The translations under genes and the position numbers were made by a program. From the NCBI RefSeq assembly GCF_018977255.1, contig NW_024704742.1:25050001-25114000 (forward strand): 64,000 bases of DNA. The letters run 5' to 3'. Positions 49,751-62,440 of the stretch are shown here, one piece after another. A model generated the notes under the pieces. The model was not told the DNA's origin and did not search any database. It saw only the letters and a program-made list of their open reading frames with translations. Source of the DNA: Callorhinchus milii (Eukaryota). Numbering within the stretch: the first letter of the stretch is position 1; every line of letters starts with the position of its first letter.

Positions 49751-50639
49751 TAGTGACAAAAATGCATTGGACCATGCAATGGAATAAGCCAGCATGTACA
49801 ATACAACACATGGCTTCTATAACTCAAGTGTCAATCTTTCTGCTTCTGTATCAGGATTGTCTTGTTTAAAAAAATCTGAAAGCTCCTGTGTAAATTAGCT
49901 CAGTTTGCTCTCTGCCTACGACATCCATTTATTGGTACATGATTTCCTGAACACTGGTGCTTTGATCATATATTCCTCTCCACAGTAGAACATTACAGCT
50001 GGTGCAATAAAATAGGCCTTCAAAATCGGTGGTTATTCATTGGAATAACAATAGCCCTTGCGTTTGATAAAGCACGTTATCACATTAATAAAAACAAATC
50101 TCAGAGCACTTCACAAGATTAGTGACTGCGTATTTATTATTAATGACAACAGGTGAATGTGGCAGCCACTTTGCACTTAGCAATGTCCCACAAACAGCCA
50201 TTAAGTGAATGACTGATTTTACCTGGAGGATTGTTGACATGAGTTGGGAACAGGAACGTCACAGACTCCGATTTCTTTTATGATTTGGGACTTTCATGTA
50301 GAAACCACTATTTATTAGAATTGGAAAATACACCCTTCTGGCCCTTATGAACTAACACATCGTGAATTGCTTACCACTCAACCTCTCACCAACTGCACAT
50401 TAGTACAACAAAATTACCTTTGTATAGCGCCTTTCACGTCATGAGGTCGTCCCAAAAGAAAAACCAAAATAAGCCTAGAAATGTTAACATTTTCCAAATA
50501 AAATCTCTAACTTTACTTCATAATATTGACTCTGGTTTTTTTGTTGAGATATATTGGAGATATGATATTTCAGAAAAATATTGTATTTCAAAATGTTGTT
50601 ATTCAACAAGTTCTCCCCTCAATGGCTTATTGAAGACCA

Positions 50640-51500
50640 TGAAGGTCCACAGCTTCAATCCATAGACTGTTCTGAGTTAGCTGATCTCAGCTGAGTTGGC
50701 ACTGAGTGTGTGACAACTACCTCAGCACTCCTGGTTTAGGGAGGGGGAGGAAAATCATCATAGAATCATATAGCACAGAAAGAGGCCATTTGGTGCCAGC
50801 TCCGAAAAGAGCAATCCAACTCAATCCGGCTGGCCTGCTTTCTCCCCATAGCCCTGCAATCTGGTCCTCCCCAAATACCCATCTACTTCTCTCTTGAAAG
50901 ATGTTATTGAATTGGCTTCCACTACCCTTTCAGGAATGATTTCCAGATCTGAACAACTCGCTGGGTGAAATTTTTTTTCCTAACCTCCCCTCTGTTTCTT
51001 TTAATAACTAACTTAAATCAGTGTCCTCGGGTTACTGACCCACATGCCAGTGGAAACAGTCTTTCCCGGTTCAACCTATCAAATCCTCTCATGATCTTGA
51101 AAACCTCTTAAATGCCCTCTTAATCTTCTCTATGGAGAATAATCATAGTTTTGCTAACCTCTCCTCATAACTAAGGTCCTTCATTCCTGGTAAATGTCGG
51201 CCTTGAATCTCGCTCCTGATTGTTACCCCGAGACCCGTACAGGAATGTGCCAATGTGGGGTGAGGAAATCATCATACTCAGCTGTGAATGCCCGCTCCAT
51301 CTCCTTGCCTCTCCCCCCTTTTCCCCTCTCTTCTCTCCCCCGCCCTTCCCCTCTCTTCCCCTTTACACCCCTTCCCATCTCTTCCCCCCGCTCTCTCCTC
51401 TATCCCCCTCGCCACCCATGGTTGAATAACGTATTGACGCTCAGTGACAAGACTCATACACACAAAATGTGTCACTTGGGCAGGAGAGTGGAAGGCAACC
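50640..51500. mobile_element. Old unassigned SINE-like repeat (+) interrupted by a CR1 3' fragment (-, about 50757-51192) and a polypyrimidine tract
   Basis: The ctgagttagctgatctc motif recurs inverted at about 12505 and 57975. CR1 tail reads catagaatcatatagcacagaaagaggccatt. Confidence 0.6.
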
Positions 51501-54500
51501 GGAAGCCGTGCCCCAGTTGAAGGAAAAAGGAGTCTTAAATGTCTCACGGGGGGTGGGAGAAAAATGATGAGGGAAAATATAAAGCCTTAAAAATGAGAGG
51601 GTTAATCTAAGTCGTTGCTATGGCCTGTCGTCAAGCCTGCTTTCCACAGTATATACCTTCCCTTTTTCTTTGCAATTCTATGAGCCTATAAATAAACATG
51701 TGACATTTACTCCTTCAGACAGTCTACATGAGTGTGTGCTCAATTCATCGTTCAGCTGACTTACCACAGAGCTAAAGGCAGTAGCAGCAGACGTCAAGCT
51801 CAATTTATCCAGACTTAGTCTGGGACATCTGTCACTCCTGTATCCACTAACGAACTGTTTTGTTGCTTCAGCAAGAGGGGTATTGCGGGGAGGGAAAAGG
51901 AAGATGGACATTAAAAGAAAATACAATAATAATCATCCTTGCATTTGATATAGTGCCTTATCACATTGTTGCGACGACTCAACGCACAAAGAATATATTG
52001 TTAAGTGAATTGACTGTATATTTCGTGGGCGAAACATAACACCAATATATAGGCATTAAGAGTCTGCACAGCCACTTTCTCCTCCAGTCTGATTCATTTG
52101 GTGAGCCACTGGAGCTGCCAGCTCCTACAGCCAGTGTGAATAATATGTTGGAAGCAATTTTTAAACTGGGCCAAATGGGATCTAAAAACTATGTTAAACC
52201 TATGAGGTTAACACTTAATGTCCTTCGAATAAGACTTTAAACTGAGGTCCCATCTGCCTGTTCAAGTGGGTGTTAAAGTTCCAATGGAACTATCTGAAAA
52301 GCAAAGGAGTTTCTCCCAGTCAGTGTCCTGGCCAACAAATTCCCCAAATAAAATTGTTGACTCATTCCATGGCTGTTTGTGGGACATTGCTGTGCGCAAA
52401 CTGGCTGCCACATTTCACCCACAAAATACAGTCAATCTACTTTACAGTATATCTTGTGAGGCGCTTTGAGACGTCTCAACGACAAGGCACTATATCAAGT
52501 GCAAGGATGATGATGATTATTATTATCCGGTGATAATTACAGCTCTGCGTCTTTCCTCCAATAGACGGCTCTCCCCCTGCCTGCATACACACAGTGCTTC
52601 TTCCATACACAGTGCTTCCTCTTCCCCCTATAATATATAAACTTCTCCATCCCATCATCTGCGAAACACTTGAACGGCCCTCTGGCTTCTCTCCTCGTTG
52701 CTTTGTGTTCTCAGAGTTCACATCTCTGGGTCGCAATGACATGGATCCCCTCCTCTTGTATTTGTCTACTGATGCTGAAACGATAAGCTGCTTGCTTCTT
52801 AGACAAACAGCAATCAGAAAAACAACTGACCCATCCTTGTACTAAAATAAGATCCTTATGTTGGCTTGATGTCATTTCAAAGCTTTAACTACTTTGCCCC
52901 AGACATTTTGCTTTACTAATAACCTGTTAATAATAATAATAATCCTAGCATTTAATGTAGCACCTTATCAAGTCTTCGAGACGTTTCAAAGCACCTCACA
53001 GGATATACTATAAAGTGGATTGACTGTATATTTTGTGGGCAAAATGCAGGAGCCAATTGCACATTTAAAGTAAATTAAATTAAATCAAAGAAAGCTATGT
53101 AAATTACTGAGTGCATGTTATCTCCACTTCATCAGATTGAATTAAGCAAGGACTGCACTAAATTCAAGAAAGTCTAATTAAGCAGAGTAGTTACTTTCAA
53201 AAACAGCTGAATGGGATACATTTACACCATTGTATCCCTGAAAACCACTTGAATAACTCACCTCACCACTGACTCCTTTTGGTCAATAATACTGCACAGC
53301 AGTAATCAAGGTCCCCCAATCCATACCGTTGACTTTGCAGCACTTGACACATCTCAAAGACGTGATAAGGCGCTAAAGCAAATGCAAGGATTATTATTGA
53401 TATTATTATTAGTTAGCTACCACAGGAATTGTATGACATTTTTGAAACATGACGGGAGAAAAAAGAGACACAAATGAGTGGTTGGGGGCAATGGCACTGG
53501 ACTCGTTTAAAAAATCATCATGACACTGTAATGGGGTTGACTGTAGAGTAGGTTATCTGAAAGGAAGAGATCAAATAGCGGAGGAGACTTCTTCATCCGA
53601 ACCACTCTTCTAATCTTACAAAGCACCACAACTGGGCCATGGATGTCCGAATAGGTGTTGAACTAATGCCGAGATTGATGAAATGTACTACACTTGTAAT
53701 GTTCTGCCATGTGCTGAGCTCAGGTCTGCTACACAGTGTTGATCCTAGCCACGGATTGCCATTATCACAGACTCGGCCTGAACTTTTGGCAATTAGCCAC
53801 CTCCACAGTAATGGATCAACTTGGCATCAAGAAGCAAACCAGTTTGGCCACATGCCTGTGGTTAACTGAATTATGAGCACTGCAAAGTTTACTTCATGTC
53901 AGAAGAAAACAATATAGTTTTATTGTTGAATCCAGAGGTACAGAAGTTATTTATACTTCGACTAAATCAATAGTGCCTGAAATGCTTTAATAGGTCACCA
54001 GTGCTTAATGGTTGCTACTAGTGTATTGTTCTAGTTCGGGGCGAAATGTGGATCCAGGAGATGTATCTTTTACCTGAAGAGTGGGCAGCTTCTTTCTCCG
54101 GGTTTGCTGCTTCGAATTGTCGTCATTCAAAGACATCCACCCTATAAGTGCTTCCTCCCTCCATTATGCAGTCTAATTGCTTGGCTCTTCTGGTTCCCCA
54201 ACTTTCCCAGGCCCCTCACGTGGGGAACTCAGACACAAGCCTCCTGGATCATTCCAATATTTAACAAAAGTTATTTAATTGGGACAGTAATGAAAAGAGT
54301 AGGTCAGGGATTAATCCTTTCCTGCATCATTTAATTCATTTCTCCGCACAATCTGATGATAACTGTATTGTGTCACTAGAATTAGCAAGCCTCAAACATG
54401 GGCTACAGAATAGTGAAACACACTGTTCGGGAGATTTGCCATTTAAAGTCTCCATCTGTTATTTTGTTTCACAAATCTGGGAATCTGCTCAGAAATTTGG

Positions 54501-55771
54501 GAGCTTTCCACAAGTTATGACTAAATGCCACACGTTTTACAAAAATGCACCTTGAAGATATTTTCACACCTAATACACACTTATAAAGAACCGATATTAC
54601 ATAGAGCCCTTTTCACCAGCTCATGGTCTGCAACCAAATTGAGGTTCATCAAACTCCTGTCTAATGGACTAGTGTAAGACGCTATATCAAATGCAAGGAT
54701 TATTATTATTATAGTGTAAAGACACAAAGGAAGCATTTGCGCACAATCACATGGTGCAGGAAATGTCCTGCAAAAGATCTCCAATTAAAGTGGTCCAGAG
54801 AGTAGCTACGCTAATGTCTTTGAGCTGAGGGACTGGAGCTCACTGACAAGAGCAGCAGTACACCAAACAGAAAAGCAGAAGCAAGTGTATCCTCACATGC
54901 ACTTCTAAACGCAAGCCTTAAAGCAGCTGCTGGATGTTTGCTGAAATACCGTCAAGTAGTGAACCTTCCATCACACAGCAAGCCGCAAGAAAGAAGAACT
55001 TGACATTTATAGCACCTTATTGCGCCAAAGCATCTCAAAGCACTTTGTGGTAATTATTTTTTGAAAGCAATTGCAGCAGGCATTTTGCCCACAGTGAGAT
55101 CTCACAACCAACCATATAGTGACTGACCAATTTACATTTGCATGGAGGATTGTTGACCAGGCCACTTGGAGAAACTCCAAGGATGGGATGCGGGGAAAGA
55201 GAATAACAGCTGACAATTTTGGAAAAGCAGCACTCAATGACTTTACACTCCTAGCTCCATAAAGGAGAGACCTGCCCCAGTCAGTTAGTGTGGAAAGCTA
55301 CCTCTCAAGCAGATAGCAAAGATTTTGAAGTATAAAGTGTGCCAGCATCGCTTGAAATGACTTGTGGTGATAGAGTACTGAGTGCACAGCTTTCTATCTT
55401 CCAACCCCAGTGGCTCCCCCAGCAGTCAAGTAAACTTAACTGTTATCTGACAATCTCGTCCTAACTGATGCACACAACAAACTGATCGCACTTGAAAAGG
55501 CACCAGCTTTTCAAAGTAAGGTAGCAAGGAGTGATCACACATCAGGGGCACGTTTTTTATATTCATGTCTATGCGTACACGACGAATGAGACTAAAGAAA
55601 TCTGATTCAAATCGTTATAGTACAAGATACAATTCTGCTAACATGATTCAGGATCTCCTGTAACACAGCTTGCTTTTTTTGTACATTACTGTGTGCTGTC
55701 AGGCATGAACTTCCTCTTCTGATTATATCGGTCTAAACAGGCAAGATACATAGCATTTAATCAGCTACATG

Positions 55772-56770
55772 CATGTCAGCTGTCAAAAGTTTGTGAGTTC
55801 AAGCCCCAGATCAGAATTTTAACTTATCGTCTAGGCTGACACTCCAGTGCAATACTGAAAAAATAACCAAAACAAATACTGCGGGAGTACTGAGTTGTCA
55901 GAGACGCAGTCCTTCAGATGAGGCATTAAAAACAAGGTCCTATCTGTCAGTTATAATAAAAAAATCCTTGCATTTGATATAGTGCCTTATCACGTCTTCA
56001 AGGCGTCTCCAAGCACTTTACAGAATATACTGCAAAGTGAATTGACTGTATATTTTGTGAGCGAAACACGGCAGCCAATTGCGCACAGCAGTATCCCACT
56101 AATAGTCGTGGATTGAAGTGATCAATTTTTTAAAAGAAATTATTACCACTGGAAAAGCAATCTGCCAATCGACTGACAACTGGGTTCCTACTTACTGCTT
56201 GGTAAACAGAGGTGTGTGGAGTAAGGAAACTTGCCCAACATTTCGTGTGGAGTTTAGAGCACTCCCTTTGCAAGTGAGAGACCTGAGTTCAATTCCAGGC
56301 AGAGGGCGAAACCTTGGGCAAGTTTCCTTACCCCACACAGAGCCTAATAATAAACCCTCCAAAACCAAAAACAATAATAAAATTGGCATTTTCAATCTAC
56401 GACTGTTTGTGGGACATTGCTGTGCGCAATTGGCTGCCGCGTTCGCCCACAAATTTACAGTCAATTCACTTTACAGTGTGTTCTATAAAGCGCTTTGGGA
56501 CGTCCTCCCGACGTGAAAAGCGCTATATCAAATGCAAGGATTATTATTATTATTATTTTGCCCTTCAGGTGGATGTTAAAGATCCCACCATACTATGCAC
56601 AGAACTTCCTCTCAGTGTCCTATCCAACAATCCTCCAGGTTAATTGGCCATTCACCTTGTGGCTGCCCGTGGCACCGTTTCTATGCACAAAACAGCAGTC
56701 ACAAAACTCTGCGTGACCTTCATCACTGTGAACTGTTTTGAGAAGTTTCAAAGTGATAGGTACAATAAAA
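55772..56770. mobile_element. Deu-type SINE (+) containing two head-to-head SINEs: 55952-56247 (-) and 56249-56557 (+)
   Basis: The Deu core breaks at aaggtcctatctgtc and resumes at ttcaggtggatgttaaagatccca. Confidence 0.8.
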
Positions 56771-57417
56771 ATTCTTCTTCAGTTATCAAGAACTGATATC
56801 GAGGCCAATGACTCTGTATAAAAACGTATCAAATATCAATTGGATGGTACCATCATGACCAATATTACCAGAGTGATTCAGCAACTTATTCCATCTTATT
56901 TTATTGATCCTCACTCAGCCACTTTTACCCTTTATCAGTGCAGCCAAATTATCCACAAGCTCAATGCACTCTACGATCAGTCCAAAAATACACAATTTGA
57001 CTAAGTTGCTCTAATTGTGTTACTGGGTAACATGTAGTGTTCACTATCTGACTGTCCTTAATGCAAATGGCATTTTGGAATCGTTTTGCAGCTAATTAAA
57101 GGGAGGATTTTAATATTCTACAGATTCCCAAACTGGAGGAGAGAAGAAACACAGAAACAGGACAAGCAAGTCGAAGATATAGAGAAAGAGAAGGAAAGTG
57201 TTGGAGTGACGGACCAGTGAAGACAGATAAATATATTTTGTTTTAAATGTACGAGAGTTATTTTGGCATAAAATTCCATCAGTAAAGCTGTTCCTGACAC
57301 CTCAGTAATACTCGTGTTGCTACAACCAATGTGCACCTGCTCCTCTATGGAAGGCAGCAACTCTGGCTCAAGTATGGTCTCACAGGGACTGACAGCACTC
57401 CAGTACTTTAGCCGAGT

Positions 57418-57788
57418 GGCATCCTGTAGCTCAGTGGTTAGAACTCTCGCCTTGAAAGCGAGAGACCTGGGTTTGATTCCCGGCAGAATGAAACGTTGGA
57501 CAAGTTTCCTTACTCCACACGCTTCTGTTTACCTAGCAGTAAGTAGGAACCCGGTTGTTGGTCGATTGGCGGATCGCTTTTTCAGGGGTAATAATTCCTT
57601 CAAAAAAAATAATAAATTGGTCACTCAATCCACTACTGTTTGTGGGACACTGCTTTGCACAATTAGCTGCTGCGTTTCGCTCACAAAATATAGTCAATTC
57701 ATTTTACAGTATAATTCTGTGAAGCACTTCGAGACATCTCGAAGACGTGATAAAGCGCTATATCAAATGCAAAGATTATTATTATTAT
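57418..57788 (+). mobile_element. tRNA-derived SINE, long subfamily
   Basis: Head, CORE-like segment, Deu-like 3' part and tail. Confidence 0.85.
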
Positions 57789-58984
57789 CGACTCTTGAAG
57801 CTAGGCAACAAGTGTCAGAGAATGTCGAGCTCAAACCTTTCCTCACCAGACATCTATGCATGTGCATGTCCCAGCAGGTGTCACTGAGATAGGGAGTCCT
57901 GCCCATATTATTTACTCCTTCTGGCCCAGAAATATTATCGCCAACTGTCGCATCCTAAGTGTTGAAGTTGGATGAGATCAGCTAACTCAGCGCAGTCCAA
58001 GAGAGAGACTTACAAATTTTCACTGGAAAACATATTGCTGTTTCACTAGGATTTTTTTTATTTTTCAAAAGTTGTATGCTTTTGGAAAATAAACCTGTTA
58101 TGGTGTAACATACGATTAGAATTTCAGACAGGGCACCCAATAAACATTCTGTCGAGAGTTATTTTGGCATAAAATTACACCAGTAAAGCTATCTCTGATA
58201 TTTCAGTAACATGAGTGTTTGTTACTACAACAACAGCAACTGATGTGCATCTGCTCCTCTACATTCTGTCTAACACAGGAAAATATCAGATGATGCGTTT
58301 GGTAAAAACGGGGAAACATTATGAAACTGGAAAAAATCCAGTCTTTAAAGTTAAACATGGAAGAAAATCCCACAAAAGCGCAGTCTGCTAATTAACCTGC
58401 AATACAATACCCGGGTTAACTTCACGCTCCTGCAGTGATTTGTGCCTTCAGCCACTATGCCCCTCATCTCTGAAACTGCCTGCCTCAATTCCTCTGCCTC
58501 GTTCCCACTTGATTTACCTAGAAATCCTACCAGAAGACATACCTATTTAAGTGCCTCTGGTCACCTCCCACGCTACCTTCTGCTTTGCTTAGCATTTAAC
58601 CCCATCCCTGAAAAGTGCTTCGACACGCTGTGTGAAGGGAGCTATACAAATGTAAGTTGTTATTTGTTGTCTGATTACAACTGCACTGTTGTTGCTGAAT
58701 TATCAGTTACATTTAAAGGGTTCTAATGCCAATATATTTAAATTAAGTGTTCCTGAACCTCAAAACAATATCACTCACGAGACGTACACAATTCACACAC
58801 TGGAACAACAAAATGAACAGAAAATCACTGCAGTGCAACTTATATACTGTGCATCATAATTCAACACAAGAGTTACAGCATACTGAAATATCACTAGGTA
58901 TGACATAGGTTCTGCACCACAGTACGAAGAACAATACTTTCAGATATGCCCACACAGCAGCTCAATAACGCACAGACCGGATCA

Positions 58985-61900
58985 GGATGTTGATCGAAAT
59001 AAGAAGGGGCAGAAAACATGAGTAGGAGTTTATAGACCCCAAAACAGTTATCACAGCATAGCGCAGGGTATTAATCAAGAAATTAGAGGAGCCTGTAGCA
59101 AAGGTAATACAGTGATTTTGGGTGATTTCAATCTTCACATAGATTGGGAAAAGCAAATCGGCAAAAGTAGGGTAGAAGAGGAGTTTATAGAATGTATGAG
59201 AGATAGCTTTCTGGGACATTATGCTGAGGAGCCAACTAGGGGACAGGCCATCCTAAACCTTGTTTTGTGTAACGAAACAGGGCGAGTCGGTAATATAGAT
59301 ATTAAGGCTCCTCTAGGGCAGAGTGATCATACAATTTAGTTTTAAGTTAGAGAGTGATGTAGTCAAATCCGAAGCAAGGGTCTTAAATTTAAATAAAGCT
59401 AACTTTGCAGGTATGAGGAAAGAATTAACTAAGATAGACTGGGGAATTAGATTAATGGATATGACAACAGACCAACAGTGGCAAATGTTTAAAGATGTAG
59501 TGCATAATTTTCAGCAGTTACATATTCCCTTGAGGAATAAGAGTACCGCAGGGAAAGCAGTTCAATCGTGGCGAACTAGAACAGTTAGAGAAAGTATAAA
59601 ACTAAAAGAAAAGACCTATAAAACTGCCAAAAAGCGTAACAAACCCGAGGACTGGGAGTGTTTCAGGGACCAAAGGAAAACCAAAAAGCTCATTAAGAGA
59701 AAATGGATTATGAGGGCAAGCTAGCTAGGAACATTAAGACAGATTGTAAGAGTTTTTATAAATACATTAAGAGGAACAGGCTAGCAAAAGTGGGTCCATT
59801 ACAGGTAGAGACAGAAGGAATTATAATGGGGGATAAGGATATGGCAGAGTCCCTAAATAAATACTTTGCTTCTGTCTTCACGTTAGAAGACACAAGAAGT
59901 TTACCAGAAATAGAGATGAACCAAAGGGCTAATGATAGGGAGCAACTTAGAGAAATTTACATTAGCAAAGAATTGGTGTTAGGGAAATTGTTGGCATTAA
60001 AAAGTGACAAGTCCCCTGGACCTGATGGTTTCCATCCTAGGATTTTAAAAGAGGTAGCTCATGAGATAGTGGAGACCTTGTGTCTGATCTTCCAAAATTC
60101 TTTGGATTCTGGAACAGTTCCCATTGATTGGAAGATCGCAAACGTCACACCGCTATTTAAGAAGGGTGGGAGAGAAAAGATGGGGAACTATAGACCAGTT
60201 AGTCTGACATCGGTGGTAGGGAAAATTCTAGAATCCTTAATTAAGGATGTCGTAGTGGGATACTTAGAGGTTCACAATATGATTAGACAGAGTCAACATG
60301 GCTTTACAAAAGGAAGTCATGCTTAACAAATTTTTTAGATTTTTTTGACGACATATCAAGTAGATTAGATAGGGGGGAATCAGTGGATGTAGTATATTTA
60401 GATTTCCAAAAGGCATTCGATAAGGTGCGGCATAAAAGGTTGATCCACAAGATTAGGGCCCATGGGATTAAGGGGAATATATCAGCATGGACTGAAGAAT
60501 GGCTAACGGGAAGAAAACAAAGATTACGGATAAACGGGTCCTTCTCAGATTGGCGGGATGTGACAAGTGGAGTGCCACAAGGATCAGTCCTTGGGCCTCA
60601 ACTATTTACAATCTACATCAAAGATCTAGATGAGGACATCGAACTTAATGGAGTGGAGTCCTGTAGCTCAGTGGTTGAGCACTCGCTTTGCAAGCTAGAG
60701 ACCTGCGTTCAATTCCAGGCACAGGGCGAAACCTTGGGCAAGTTTCCTTACTCCACACGCCTAATAATCCTCCAAAACCAAAAACAATAATAAATTGGTC
60801 ATTTTCAATCCATGACCATTTGTGGGACATTGCTGTGCGCAATTGGCTGCCGCGTTCGCCCACAAATATTCAGTCAATTCACTTTACAGTGTGTTCTGTG
60901 AAGCGCTTTGGGACGTCCTCCCAACGTGAAAAGCGCTATATCAAATGCAAGGATTATTATTATTATTAATATATCCAAATTCGTGGATAACACAAAACTA
61001 GGAGGGAGAGTAAACACCGAGGATGACATTTAAAAAATGCAGTGAGATATAGATAGGCTAGGTGAGTGGGCAAATAGGTGGCAGATGAAGTATAATGTGG
61101 AAGTGTGAAGTTATCCACCTAGGTGGCATAAACAGTAGAGCAGATTATTTTTTAGAAGGGGAGAGACTAGATAGTGTTAGAGTTCAGAGGGACTTGGGTG
61201 TCCTTGTACACCAGTCACAAGAAGTTAGTTTGCAGGTACAGCAAGCAATTAGGAAGGCCAATGGTATGTTGGCATTTGTTACAAAAGGGTTAGAATATAA
61301 GAGTAGAGAAGTATTGCTGCAACTGTATAGGGCCCTGGTGAGACCGCACCTAGAGTATTGTGAGCAGTTTTGGTCTCTTTATTTAAGAAAGGATGTACTC
61401 GCCTTGGAGGGGGCACAACGTAGATTCACCAGGTTGGTACCAGGGATGAGGGGGATGAGTTATGAGGATAGGTTAAGCATTTGAAGCTTATATTCTCTAG
61501 AATATAGAAGAATGAGAGGTGATCTTATAGAAACCTATACGATTATAAAGGGGCACGACAGAATAGATAGTGGGAGACTTTTTCCCCTGGATGGAGAAAC
61601 TATAAACAGGGGTCACAGTCTTAAAATTAGGGGTAAGCCCTTTTGCACTGAGTTGAAGAAAAACTTCTTCACTCAGAGGGTAGTGAATTTATGGAATTCT
61701 CTACCTCAAAGGGCTGTAGATGCTCAGTCCTTGAACATATTCAAGACTGAGATTGATAGATTTCTTGTGGATAAAGGGATTAAGGGATATGAGGATAAGG
61801 CGGGTAGGTGGAGTTAGAATATATCAGCCATGATCTTATTGAATGGCGGGGCAGTCTCGAGGGGCCGAATGGCCTACTTCTGCTCCTAATTCTTATGTGA
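58985..61900 (+). mobile_element. 5'-truncated CR1 LINE (partial endonuclease, RT, 3' UTR), inactivated
   Basis: [49 protein letters not shown] and FFTQRVVNLWNSLP motifs. Several frameshifts and stops; FADD reads FVDN. CR1 tail ggccgaatggcctacttctgctcctaattcttatg. Confidence 0.95.
60650..60965 (+). mobile_element. Young tRNA-Ala SINE inserted in the CR1 RT domain
   Basis: TTAAT is duplicated on both sides; removing the insert restores DEDIELNISKF. Confidence 0.92.
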
Positions 61901-62068
61901 GGAGCAAGCTTAAGGCACACCAAGAAATATTTCTTTGCACAAATGGTAACCAGCAGCTGGAATAAGTTACCAGGAGGGATGGTCAATGCCAGGATATTGG
62001 ACTCGTTTTAGAAACAGCACAATACTGTAATTGCAAGAGATTTGAGACAGCATTCAAAACTTCTCTTG

Positions 62069-62440
62069 GAGATTTCTGTAGCTCAGTGGTTAGATCACTC
62101 GCCTTGCAGGCGAGAGACCAGGGTTTGATTCCCGGCAGGGCGAAATCTTGGGCAAGTTTCTTTATTCCACACACCTTTTTTACCTAGCAGTAAGTAGGAA
62201 CCTGGTTGTTAGTTGATTGGAGGATTGCCTTTTCAGGGTAATAATCCTTCAAAAAAAATAATAAATTGGTCACTTCAATCCACAACTGTTTGTGGGATAC
62301 TGCTGTGCACAATTGGCTGCCGCGTTTTGCCCCCAAAATATAGTCAATTCACTTTCCAGTATATTCTGTGAAGCTCTTTGAGACGTTTCATTGACGTGAT
62401 AAGGCCCTATATCAAATGCAAGGATTATTATTATTATTAT
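62069..62440 (+). mobile_element. tRNA-derived SINE, long subfamily
   Basis: Same architecture as 57418-57788. Confidence 0.85.

Noticed and set aside
53260..53345. Strong minus-strand donor GAG|GTGAGT as a possible MCUB exon 1
   Set aside because: The nearby ATG frame hits TGA at the junction and does not join exon 2 in phase.
59112..61817. Potentially active reverse transcriptase gene
   Set aside because: 5'-truncated, with several frameshifts and stops, a SINE insertion and the catalytic FADD mutated.
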